Of a stretch of DNA of 64,000 nucleotides, positions 46,000 through 55,988 are shown one piece after another. The DNA is from Felis catus (taxonomy: Eukaryota), in assembly GCF_018350175.1 (NCBI RefSeq), contig NC_058369.1, forward strand, positions 12,834,001 through 12,898,000, read 5' to 3'. The notes below the pieces were generated by a model, which worked only from the letters and a program-made list of their open reading frames with translations, made no database searches and was not told the DNA's origin. The translations under genes and the position numbers were made by a program. Numbering within the stretch: the first letter of the stretch is position 1; each line of letters opens with the position of its first letter.

Positions 46000-48130
46000 C
46001 ACCCACTCCTGGTGGGGGGAGGGCTGGAGCAGCCGAGGTGTGGTCAAATCCCGCCGCCCTCCCAGCCCTGCAGCGGCGGTTTCCGGTGACCCAAGGCCCA
46101 GGGTGAGCGCAGGGTGGGGGGAGTCCCCCCCGGATGGACAAGCCCATCTCTCCCCACAGCAGGGCTCCTCATGCGAAAGAGGCCGCCCTGTGCCACCCCG
46201 GCCTCGCTCCCGCCGCCGCCGCCGCCTCGGTGGCCAGGGCGACTTTGGAAGTGATATTTGACCCCAAGGGCGCGCCGTATCGATCCGCGCGGCCGCAGAC
46301 AATGGCCCCTGGACGCTGCGAGCTCCACAGTCCAAGTTCCACGTTCGATTCCCGAGGGGTCCCCTGCGCACCGAGATCCCCAAGAGAAGGGATGCCCTGG
46401 GGTTAGGGCCCCACCCCTGACAGCACCCCCAACCCCTCCCCGCGCGGAGATCACCCCTCTCCGGAGAAAAGGGAGGGAGGGAGAAGGAGCAATGAACTGA
46501 GGCGGAAGCCGCAAGGGACCACCTGACGGGGGGGACCTGCATCGATACAGCGCCGACTGTATACACAATCCCAGGAATGGAATGGAGGTGGGGAGAGGGG
46601 GCTGTGCCCCTATCTCAGAGGGGGAGTGGAGGCCCAGGGAAGGTCAGCGCCAGGCCCAAGGTGACCGAGCAGGTCAGAGGCCCGGCTCAAGCCGGGGCCG
46701 GGTGCACAGCGGCNNNNNNNNNNNNNNNNNNNNNNNNNNNNNNNNNNNNNNNNNNNNNNNNNNNNNNNNNNNNNNNNNNNNNNNNNNNNNNNNNNNNNNN
46801 NNNNNNNNNNNNNNNNNNNNNNNNNNNNNNNNNNNNNNNNNNNNNNNNNNNNNNNNNNNNNNNNNNNNNNNNNNNNNCGCCCGGCTCAGCGTCGCTGGCG
46901 GCGCCGGGAGGTGAGGCCGAGTCTTCCTCGGCCGCGCGCGGGTAGCCGCCCGCCTTATCCACGCCGTTCGTGTCGCCGCCGCCGCTGCCGGGGCCGCCCC
47001 AGCCGCCGGTCACCATGGCCATAGCCCCAGGGCAGCGGGGCCGGGGCGCCCCCTCCGTGCTCCTCCCTCCGGGCACCCCTCTCGGCCCGGGGGGACCCTA
47101 CCCGGCACGCATCCGGGCCCGGCGCGCGGGGGGCACCGGCTGCACCCCCCAAAAAAGTTTTGCACCAACTTCCTGCGGCCGGTCCGCGCGCCCAGGCAGA
47201 ACTGGTCGGGCCGGTTCCAGGCCAACTTTCCCACGCGTGCGCGGGGCCGGGCCTGGGGCCGAGGGGGGGCGCACTAGAGGCGCGAGCCGGGGGCCCCGGG
47301 GACTCGCGCCCCGCCGCCCTGGGGCCCCGGCGGGGGCGCGCGGGCCATGGCCCGGCCCAGGCTGCGCAGGGGGCGCCCTCTGGCCTGGCCGCCGCTTGGC
47401 TGGGGGCTGCGGCCAACTTAGCGGCCCGCCATCTGAGCGCGGGAGGCCGGGGGGAAAGTTTGGCCGCAAGTTACGCGGCCGCCCGCTGCGCGGGGGAGGG
47501 GCGGCAGGCGCGCGCCGGGGCCGGTCGCCGCGCCCCCTGGCCTCCCCGGGTCCCCAGGCGGCCGCTCGGGGCCTGCAAGGCTGCGGTCCGGCGCTTCCCG
47601 AGCTGCCGCCCCCTCTGCGGCCGCGCCTGCCCGGCCTGGGCCTGCGCCTGGGCCCGAGCCTCGCTCTCNNNNNNNNNNNNNNNNNNNNNNNNNNNNNNNN
47701 NNNNNNNNNNNNNNNNNNNNNNNNNNNNNNNNNNNNNNNNNNNNNNNNNNNNNNNNNNNNNNNNNNNNNNNNNNNNNNNNNNNNNNNNNNNNNNNNNNNN
47801 NNNNNNNNNNNNNNNNNNNNNNNNAAGGGCATGGGTGGCCTCGCTCGGCGCCCGGCGCCCGGGCAGGCGGGAGGGGCGAGGGCGGAGCACGGGGCCGCTC
47901 GGCCTGACCCTCCCCCCCCTCCTTCTCCCCCTACCCCCGCCCTCGCCCGACTCCAGCCTTAACCCCTGCCGGGCCGCGGCAGGAGCCTGGGCCGCCGCTG
48001 CCCTCTGCCCTTCCGCAGCCTCGCCAAGATGTCTCTCCAAAGCCCTCCCCTCCACCTCCGGCCTTGGACGATGCGTCGCTCAACCGCCCTCGAGGAGCCC
48101 CTCAGAACCTTACCCCTCCATTCCCCGCAG
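46000..48130. promoter_or_regulatory. NR2F6: NR2F6 CpG island (promoter, 5'UTR, start of intron 1)
   Basis: Very high GC and CpG density around exon 1. Confidence 0.85.
46736..47022 (-). CDS. NR2F6: NR2F6 exon 1 coding part (MAMVTGGWGG...; first zinc finger under the N block, lower boundary estimated)
   Basis: ATG at 47022 in GCT ATG G context; N block 46714-46877. Confidence 0.9.
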
Positions 48131-48178
48131 AAGCAATAATGGGGGGCCAATTGCACCCGGGGGGTACGCCCCTGCGCG

Positions 48179-48179
<1 letters not shown>

Positions 48180-48222
<43 letters not shown>
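48180..48222. repeat. (CA)n microsatellite upstream of NR2F6
   Basis: Direct reading. Confidence 0.95.
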
Positions 48223-48225
<3 letters not shown>

Positions 48226-51164
48226 GGGGCATTTCTTTGCACAGTTGCTTGATGGATTGTGTTTGCTTCCTCTTCCAGAAAGTCGCCGCGTCCGACCCCC
48301 ACCCCACCCTTTCTCAGCTTGAGCTCACACCTGGTGCTGGGAATCTCCAGGGCCAAGGGATGTTGTGGTCTGCGGCCTGCGGGGACGCGAGGTCGGGGGC
48401 CCCCTCCAGAATTTTAGGCCTCTGGGGGCAGGGCACCCACCCGCCCAGCTAGGCGGGAGGCAGGAGGCAGCAGGAATGCCCACCATCCCCACTGCGGCCT
48501 GCCCCTTTTCCTCTTTAATCTCCTTTTCTGTGCTTCACATAAAGGGCTTGGCCAGGCCACCGGCTGGACTGCAGATGTCTCTTCCAGGCTCCCTGGAGCC
48601 TCTCAGTTGCGGCTGGCTTACAGACTCCCCCCACCCATCCCTGGCTTCCTCTCCCCACCCCACCGCCCCCCCCCCAACCCGTTGGGCCGACCAACATTTA
48701 TTAAGCACCCTTTCTTTGTCGTGCCCCCACCCCAACTCCTGCCCAGGCAGCCCTGGGCTGGGGAAGCCTGAGCCTCTAGCTCTGGGCCTGTTAACATTTA
48801 ACCAGCTGGAAAAGCCCTTCCTACGGTGACCTTTCACCTTGGAGTCCCGCAGGTCCAGTTGTAGGCCTTATCTTCTGCCCTGCCCTGGGCCCTGGGCCCT
48901 GGGCCCAGAGCTGGACACCAGGGCACGTGGCTGGGCCTCTGAGGGCTGCGGGGCAGGAGAACTGCCCTCTGCCCTCTCCCCTCCCCTCGCTGGAAAGGGC
49001 CATGGGAAAGGGTTCCCTTCTCCAGATTACATCTGAGGGGACACCTTGGGTCGGGGGTTGAGGAGAGCTTGGAGATCATGCAACATTTAAGAGGATACCA
49101 AGGTTCTGTAAAAGCCAGGCACCACACACCCAGCCCCGGGCCTCTGGACCTCCCAGGGAGAATCTGGCTGGGTGCGAGCTAGAGGAGGTTTTAGCAAGTA
49201 CAGGAAGCAAGAAGGACTGGAGTTAGACGGGAGCAAGGACTTTCCGTGGGACCGACTAGAGTGGAATTCTCTGCCCTTGTAAGCCCTGCTGGAGGAGAGG
49301 GTCTGGATGGTTGGAGAGGACCATTTGTTTCTGGGCTGCCTGGGAATGTGGAGGTGCTGGCTGGTTTTTTGGGGTGAGGGCAGGGGTCCTAGGTCCCTGT
49401 TCTGGGCTTTCCAGGATTCTTGGTTGGAGGGGTTAGGTCTCGGAAGGGAGAGAAGGTCCCGGGAAGCGACTCAGAAGAGGGGCTGGAGAGGGCAGGGGGC
49501 AGGGACCTGGGGTTTGAGGGACAAGAGTCCAGGGGAGGTGAGGCTCAGAAGTGGCCGTCTGGGGCCGTTTTGGAGACTAGGGAAATATCCGCTGCAGATC
49601 CTAGAACCTCCCGTTGGTCCAACCCCTTGGCGGCCGCCTGGGCCCTCCCTAGTAGCGCCAGGGCCCCTGAACCCCTGGGGCCCTCCTGGGGGTGGGTCGA
49701 AGTCCGGCCCCGCCCCCTTGACCCCTGCCCGCGGCCCCGCGGTGACATTTGACCTTGCGGCGGCTGCGGACCGCGGACAAAGAGGCCAGGGCCCATCTGC
49801 CGAGGGGGCACCCGTGGGAACGGCCAGACCCGGCTCCCGGCGGCCTGAGAACCATCCCCAGACCCCTCCAACAGCGCGAACTCATTCCCCACCCTTCAAC
49901 AGGTGACCTTGCCTCCCTTTGCGCCCTCCCCCTACCGCGGGCAAACTGGTGGGACTGGGGGGCTTGAAGTCACTCTTGCACTCTTGGCCACAGACAAAAG
50001 GGGATAAGGTCGGCTCCTCTGACCCTCCTCAGGACCTTGCCCTCCTCAGTTTCCCTGCTTTCTTCAAAGCTGGGTGTCGTCCAGAGAGACTGCACGGTCG
50101 GAAGGTCACCAGCGCCAGTGATCCCTGGGGAGTTGTGTGTCAGGAAGGCCAGGGTTGAGTCCAGGCCCCTGACGGGCCTGAAGTCGGTTCCGGGCCCACC
50201 TTGCCCTCCCTTGGGAAAGGCGGTCACCGTACACGCCTGCACAGGTGTGGGCTGGGAATCACCACCACCAGGCTGGGGATGAAAACCTTCCCAATCCACG
50301 GCTTGGGTTTCAGCCTTTACCCAGGAGGGGAATAGCTGGCCAGTAATCTAGCTGGCGGGTCTCACCTAAGCCCCCTCTCCAGGAGGTGTGGCCTATGCAA
50401 ACGACATGCTAATTAGCTGCCTGCAATTAACCTGACACTAACAGCTCCCAGCGCCGCAGGCAGGTGAAAGCTGGCATTTAGCCAGGCCAGGGGCCTTCCA
50501 GTCCCTGAAGGGCGAGATGTGTCTCCCTGCCCACCCTTGTGTGCCCTCTCTTAGTTAGTCCCTGTCCCTGAGTAACCACTTACAGGTTTTTGCTTTTGCT
50601 GTGCCCCCAACCCCAAAGCCCTTTATCTTACTTAGCTCCGTATTCTTCGAATACAAGTTCCAAAGCCCTCTGATTCCTCCTCCTCCTTTGGGAGCGATTA
50701 CTCTTCCAGCAAATTTTCTACACCCTGAACCTATAGGCCCTCAGTCTTCCTTCTGAGATGTGGGCCTTTTCCTCTCGGGAGCATCTGCCAGGCCAAACCC
50801 AGCATCTCCCCGTGAACCCCTCCCAGGGCTTCTGGAGGCAGCTGAGTGTTGGCATTTCCGTTCTGGCGATGTAGCCTCACTGACCCCTGAATCCTTGAGC
50901 CAGCCCTAGGTCTGTCATGACCTCTGGCATGATCCCGCTGACATATCACATTCACATGCCACGTGGTGCCAGGCCAAAGACCTGGAGCCCTTCCCAAATG
51001 CCCAGTCACCCCTCCATCCATCAGGTTCCAGACGCCCAAGTGTCCCATCCCACCCAACAGGTCCCGACATTCAAGGTCACACATGATATAGTATCACTCC
51101 AGGACAGTTTATGATGTGGCCTGCCCTAATTGTCTGGTACACCCAGACACAGCCAGAATGGGGC

Positions 51165-51354
51165 CTACAGAAAGGTCTCTCCCAGCCGGGGAGGTGGACA
51201 AGACGGTCTGGGCCTCCCCAGCGCCCTTACGGTGGCTTCTAGCACTTCCAATTCCTCTGCCTGTCGAACCTCCATTAGTGCCACCTGCTGTTCCAGCTTC
51301 CTCCGTTGCTCTTCCTGCTTCCGGTGGGCACCTCGGAAGGCCAGGACCAGGGCA
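51165..51354 (-). CDS. USHBP1: USHBP1 last exon (ALVLAFRGAH...LGETFL*), C-terminal class I PDZ ligand
   Basis: 190 nt; total CDS 2112 nt = 703 aa. Confidence 0.95.
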
Positions 51355-51633
51355 CTAGAGGGGATGAGTAGGCTGAGCCAGGAAACAGCCCCCCCCCCCA
51401 CCAAATCAGGAGCTATGTGTTCCCAGCACCAGACGGGAGCTCTCTGAGCCTGAGTTTTCCTGGGGTCCCGTTCAGAAAGGGGCCGGCAAACACTGGGTAT
51501 CGGGGGAGGCACAGGATGGATTGGACCTGCCACCTACCTTGCAGGGGAAGGCTGCAGGCCAGAGAGAGCCAGGGACACTTCTGAGGTCACGGGGCGGGGA
51601 GTGGGGGGGAGAGTACAGGGAAGGGAGACCCAC

Positions 51634-51756
51634 CTGTGAGCCTTGCATAAATCGTTGTTCAGCTCGGCACTCTGAGCACGTCTGGCTCGCCCCTTCTGAG
51701 CCACCTGTTCCAGTTCCTCCCGCAGAGACTGCAGCTGCTCCCGCAGCCTCAGGGCC
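51634..51756 (-). CDS. USHBP1: USHBP1 exon (ALRLREQLQ...DLCKAH)
   Basis: AG/GT bounded, 123 nt, coiled coil. Confidence 0.95.
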
Positions 51757-51957
51757 CTGGTGCAGGAGTGAGGAGAGAGGAGCTCATGGCCAGAGCCAAT
51801 CCAGTCTTCCTTCCCTCCACCTACCCACCTGTATTCCCAGGTGAACACACCTGTATGCAGATGGATGCCCCGCCCTCTGCGGCACACAGTGCCCCCCGGG
51901 GATTCTCACGTAGACCCGCCCAACCCATCCGTCCCAGCCCGGGATCGAGACACACAC

Positions 51958-52064
51958 CGGTGAAGTGACGCTGCTAGTTCCTGGGCTAGAATCTCCGGGC
52001 CCTGTGCTTTGCCCGCCTGGCCTCCATCAATGCCCCTGCTGCCACCAAGAACGGCTGGAGGGCC
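51958..52064 (-). CDS. USHBP1: USHBP1 exon (GPPAVLGGSRGIDGG...LAASLH)
   Basis: AG/GT bounded, 107 nt. Confidence 0.88.
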
Positions 52065-52680
52065 CTGTGGGAGGCAGAAGGGAGGAAAGTGACATTGACT
52101 CAGGTGGAGTGTGTGTTCAGCCCAAGCCGGACGTTGAAGTCACCCAGGCTGTGGCAGCCACAGCCCCTGCCCTCACGAAGCCCCCAGTCTGATGAGAAAC
52201 CCTAATTAGGACAAAATGACTCCCTAACGGGGAATCTCATCTGGAGGCAGGTGATATCTCAGCACAGACCTGCAAGAGATCATGGGCTTAATTAGACAAA
52301 GAGGGAGATGCCCAGTGTTCCTGGGGGGGGGGGGGGCACAGCACCTACAAAGGCTTGGAGGTAGCAGAGATGATCCAAAGGAGGGTTCTATAAGCTGCTG
52401 AAGGCTTTAAGCAGAGGACAGACATGATTAGATAGGAAGGGGCAAAAGGGAAGTCCTCAGGGTGGAAGCTAGAGCCAAAAATTTAAGAAGACACGAAGCA
52501 TGGGCTGGGGCTGTTGGAGTGGCGATGCCGCCAGAGTATGAACAACCCTGGGGGTGGGAAGCAAGAGGTACAGGTTTGAGTGGAAGACGCTAAACGCCTT
52601 GGGGCTTATTGGGCTCCAGACCTTCAGAGAAAACAAAACAAAACAAAAACCCAAAGTACAGGTATGAACTTTGACATGCA

Positions 52681-52892
52681 TTTTTTTTTAATGTTTATTT
52701 ATTTTTAAGAGAGAGACGGAGCGTGAGCAGAGAGGGAAGCAGCAGAGACAGGGGGAGACACAGAATCGGAAGCAGGCTCCGGGTCCTGAGCTGTCAGCAC
52801 AGAGCCCGATGTGGGGCTTGAACCCATGCGCCGTGAGATCACGACCCGAGCTGAAGCTGGACGCTTAACCGACTGAGCCAGCCAGGCTCCCC
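52681..52892 (-). mobile_element. CanSINE
   Basis: Reverse-complement SINE with T tail. Confidence 0.88.
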
Positions 52893-53036
52893 TAAACCTT
52901 GACATGCGCTCTAACCGTTCAACACATTTCTTTGTGCAGAAATGCAAGCCGAGGCTCAGAGGAGTCTGGGATTGACCAGGGCCACATAGCCAGCAGTATA
53001 TGGCTATCCCCACCAGGTCCAGGAAGGGCCACTCAC

Positions 53037-53258
53037 CTGAGACGACTCCTCTTCGTCTCCACTGCTCCCGCCTCCACTGCTGTCCCCACCACTACTGTTG
53101 GCCCCACCGGTCCGGAGCTGTGCCTGTTCCCACCGCAGCTGCTCTAGCAGGAGCACATGGGCTGGGCCCTGGGCCCGGAGGGCAGCCTCCTTCAGCTCCA
53201 GACCCCGCTTCTCCCGCCTCATCAACTGTAGCCGCAGCATCAGTTCTGCCAGAGTCTC
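53037..53258 (-). CDS. USHBP1: USHBP1 exon (ETLAELMLRLQ...DEEESSQ)
   Basis: AG/GT bounded, 222 nt. Confidence 0.95.
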
Positions 53259-53804
53259 CTGAGAGAACAAGAAGTGGGCAGAGAATTTGGGCCTCTGGGA
53301 TCGGGGGAAACTGAGGGCCCAGGAGGCACCCAGTGAGGACTGGTCAGGCAAGAACTCAAACCCTCACCATGATCTTGTGTGGTGGGAACTATCATCTCCT
53401 AAAAACGACAGCTATAGAAATCATCGTTCAGGGAGCACAAATATCTTAGACGAGGTCAAGTGGCATCTCAGGAAGGGTCTGGAGTTTCTCCAACTCTAGA
53501 ACCTCAGATCTTTCATGCCAGGGTATAAACCTCAGACTATGTCCCCCTGCCATCATCTCCTTTCCATAAGAAGGCAATTTGAGAAAGCTACATTCAGAAT
53601 CTTCCGAGACACTGAATTCCAGAAGACAAAGTCCTATTCATCCCTCAAAATCCCAGGCTCCAATTCCCTTCCCTCCAGGAAGTCTGCCCCCAGCCAGGTA
53701 GAACTCTCCTTTGCTACTTGGTCCCCCAATCCTCCCTCTAAGCCTCAGCAAAGGGCTTTGTCCCACCAGAAAAGACCGACACGGTGCCCGCTGCCCATGT
53801 GTAC

Positions 53805-54054
53805 CCGTGTGGCCGCCAGGTCCCGCTGGATCTGCATCTTCTCCAACCGGGGTAGGACTGGGCCAGGCTGGGTCCCCAGAATGGCCTGCACCATGGCCTC
53901 CGCATGGGGCACAGTGGGCATGGGTGCCAAGGTTGGGCCAGGCTCTGGGGGAATCTTCACCAGAGCACGGCGCTCCTGGAGACGCTGGACATAGCCCCAG
54001 AGCTGGGTAGCCAGCTCCTGTGGTGTGGGCCGATCCACACTGCTGCCCTCGGGG
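53805..54054 (-). CDS. USHBP1: USHBP1 exon (PEGSSVDRPTPQE...LAATR)
   Basis: AG/GT bounded, 250 nt. Confidence 0.94.
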
Positions 54055-54749
54055 CTACAGGAAACCGAAGAGGGGTCTAATGTCAACACTTGTGGCCATA
54101 GTTGTGCTAACTTCATGCCAACCCTGGTGGGCTCTGCCTTCTTCCATCTTACGGACCGTGATGGATTCTATGCCGTCTGTGGTGAGTGCTGTTATACCAA
54201 CATGGCAGACACATAATATAAACCCCAATGGGCACCATTATTCATCAAGACAATGTAGTGAACACCATCGTGTCAATGATTACTGTTGCTCATGCCATCG
54301 TAGTGGAAGCCACCACACCAACTCAATAGGCCCTATCACTTATGCCAACGTGATGGATGCCGTCACGCCAACACAATGGGTACCATTGCTCAGCTGGCCG
54401 ACTCTATTTGGCAACATCATGCTAACCCCCACGCGTACCAGCATCAAGCCAACCCCATTAAACACCATCATGCCAGTTCTAATCAGTAGGCACCGTCATC
54501 CATCAACAAGCCATCCTGGTGGGTCCTATACCAATCCCAGTGGCTGTCAACCACCCATGCCGACTTTCTTGAGTAGCCACCAGCCAGCTCTACTCGGGCC
54601 TCATGCCAACCAAGCACAGAGAGTCCCTACACCAACTTTGCTGGGCACGGCCAGGCCAAACCCCAACACGAAGCCAGCTGTGGGAGACCCATTCTCTAAT
54701 AAGAACCCTACTCACTGGCCCTCCCAGTTCTCAAGGTTCCCAGGGGTAC

Positions 54750-54923
54750 CTTGGCTGTGGATTCCGTGGTGCCCCTCCATCCATGGCAGCCTCCTCGTGT
54801 GCCAGCAGCCTCTGAGCCTCCTTCTCAGCCACCTCCAGGTCCCTCATAGGGGCTTCCTCTCTTGCTCCCGAATCTGCCTCCCGGAGACTGAGCAGGACTC
54901 CATATGCCTCCTCACAGTGCTCA
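54750..54923 (-). CDS. USHBP1: USHBP1 exon (EHCEEAYGVLL...RNPQP)
   Basis: AG/GT bounded, 174 nt. Confidence 0.93.
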
Positions 54924-55176
54924 CTGTGAGACACTGATTCTGAGAGCTCTGGGACACCTGGCTCCATCTTGCGTGGGTGACGTCCCCACTTGCTCCTGGA
55001 TCCTTCACTTCGTCCCCCAGCCCCCACCCCTGGGAGCATGTAAACTCCTTCAGCACCCTGGGACTAAGGGGAAAGTGCTTTCCTGCAAGGGCCCTGACTC
55101 TCTCTGGGATGGGGGTTCCTCCTGAGCGTGCCCATTCCCTTCCACACCAGTGATACCATGGGTGGGATGCACTGAC

Positions 55177-55317
55177 CTGTACTGCAAGGCCAGACGCAGG
55201 GCTGTGGCTTCAGCCTCCCGCTGGCCCAGCTGCATGCTAAGGGCTTCACACCGGCCCTTGTACCCCTGCAGCACAGCTGACAGCAGATGGTTGAAACACT
55301 TGAGCTTCTCGATGCTC
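55177..55317 (-). CDS. USHBP1: USHBP1 exon, MCC-like domain (SIEKLKCFNHLL...LALQY)
   Basis: AG/GT bounded, 141 nt. Confidence 0.95.
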
Positions 55318-55483
55318 CTGCCTCCGAAGTTAGGGAAGGGGGGACGTGAGAGGCCCCGCAGGGCAGCCAGGACCCAACTGACTGCCATCCTCCTCCCCAC
55401 TCCATTCCAGCTCCAGACTGGGGCTCATAGGCCAGCTGGGAAGGAAGCGGTGCCCTTACGAGCTCAGCACGGGTGGCCCTTAC

Positions 55484-55620
55484 CCCTGGAGCTGTTCCGT
55501 CTGGCTTTCCATGATGCGCACCTCGGGGGCGAGGGGTTGAGTGCGGAGAGGCCCAAACATCTGAGTGCTGGAATCACTCCGGAGGCGCCGGAGCAGGGGG
55601 TGAGCCAGGGAGAAGGGGTC
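55484..55620 (-). CDS. USHBP1: USHBP1 exon (DPFSLAHPLLRRLRSD...EQLQ)
   Basis: AG/GT bounded, 137 nt. Confidence 0.92.
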
Positions 55621-55791
55621 CTGCCAGAAAGAGGTTACTTGATTCACCCGGGTTGTCATTGAGAACCCAGAATCACGGATTTAGGCCTTTTGCAAGCCCA
55701 GAAGCTACTGGATTGCATGACCAGGATTTCAGTCTCACTGCTCCAAATCCCACAGATCTCAAGATTGTGGTTTTGAGCTTCCCACACTCAC

Positions 55792-55917
55792 CTGAGTCCC
55801 CCAGGGCTCTTCATCTACCCCAGAACTGCTGGAGCCACTGCCCGAGCCACCTGCTTGGCCACGGGAGGGAAGTGGAAAGGGCTCCAACCTCATCAGGGAA
55901 TCCTGGAGCTCCTGGAC
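55792..55917 (-). CDS. USHBP1: USHBP1 exon (VQELQDSLMRLEP...PWGTQ)
   Basis: AG/GT bounded, 126 nt. Confidence 0.92.
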
Positions 55918-55988
55918 CTGGGGGTGGGTGGGAAAGGAGGATGGAGTAGGTTAGGCCTGGAGACTCCAACCACCCAGCAGCCCCCCCC

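Noticed and set aside
46714-46877. Apparent loss of the NR2F6 first zinc finger
   Set aside because: It falls in an N block large enough to hold the missing 143 nt plus the donor; missing data, not pseudogenisation
46970-48452. 330-aa and 430-aa + strand ORFs
   Set aside because: CpG-island low-complexity translations spanning N blocks
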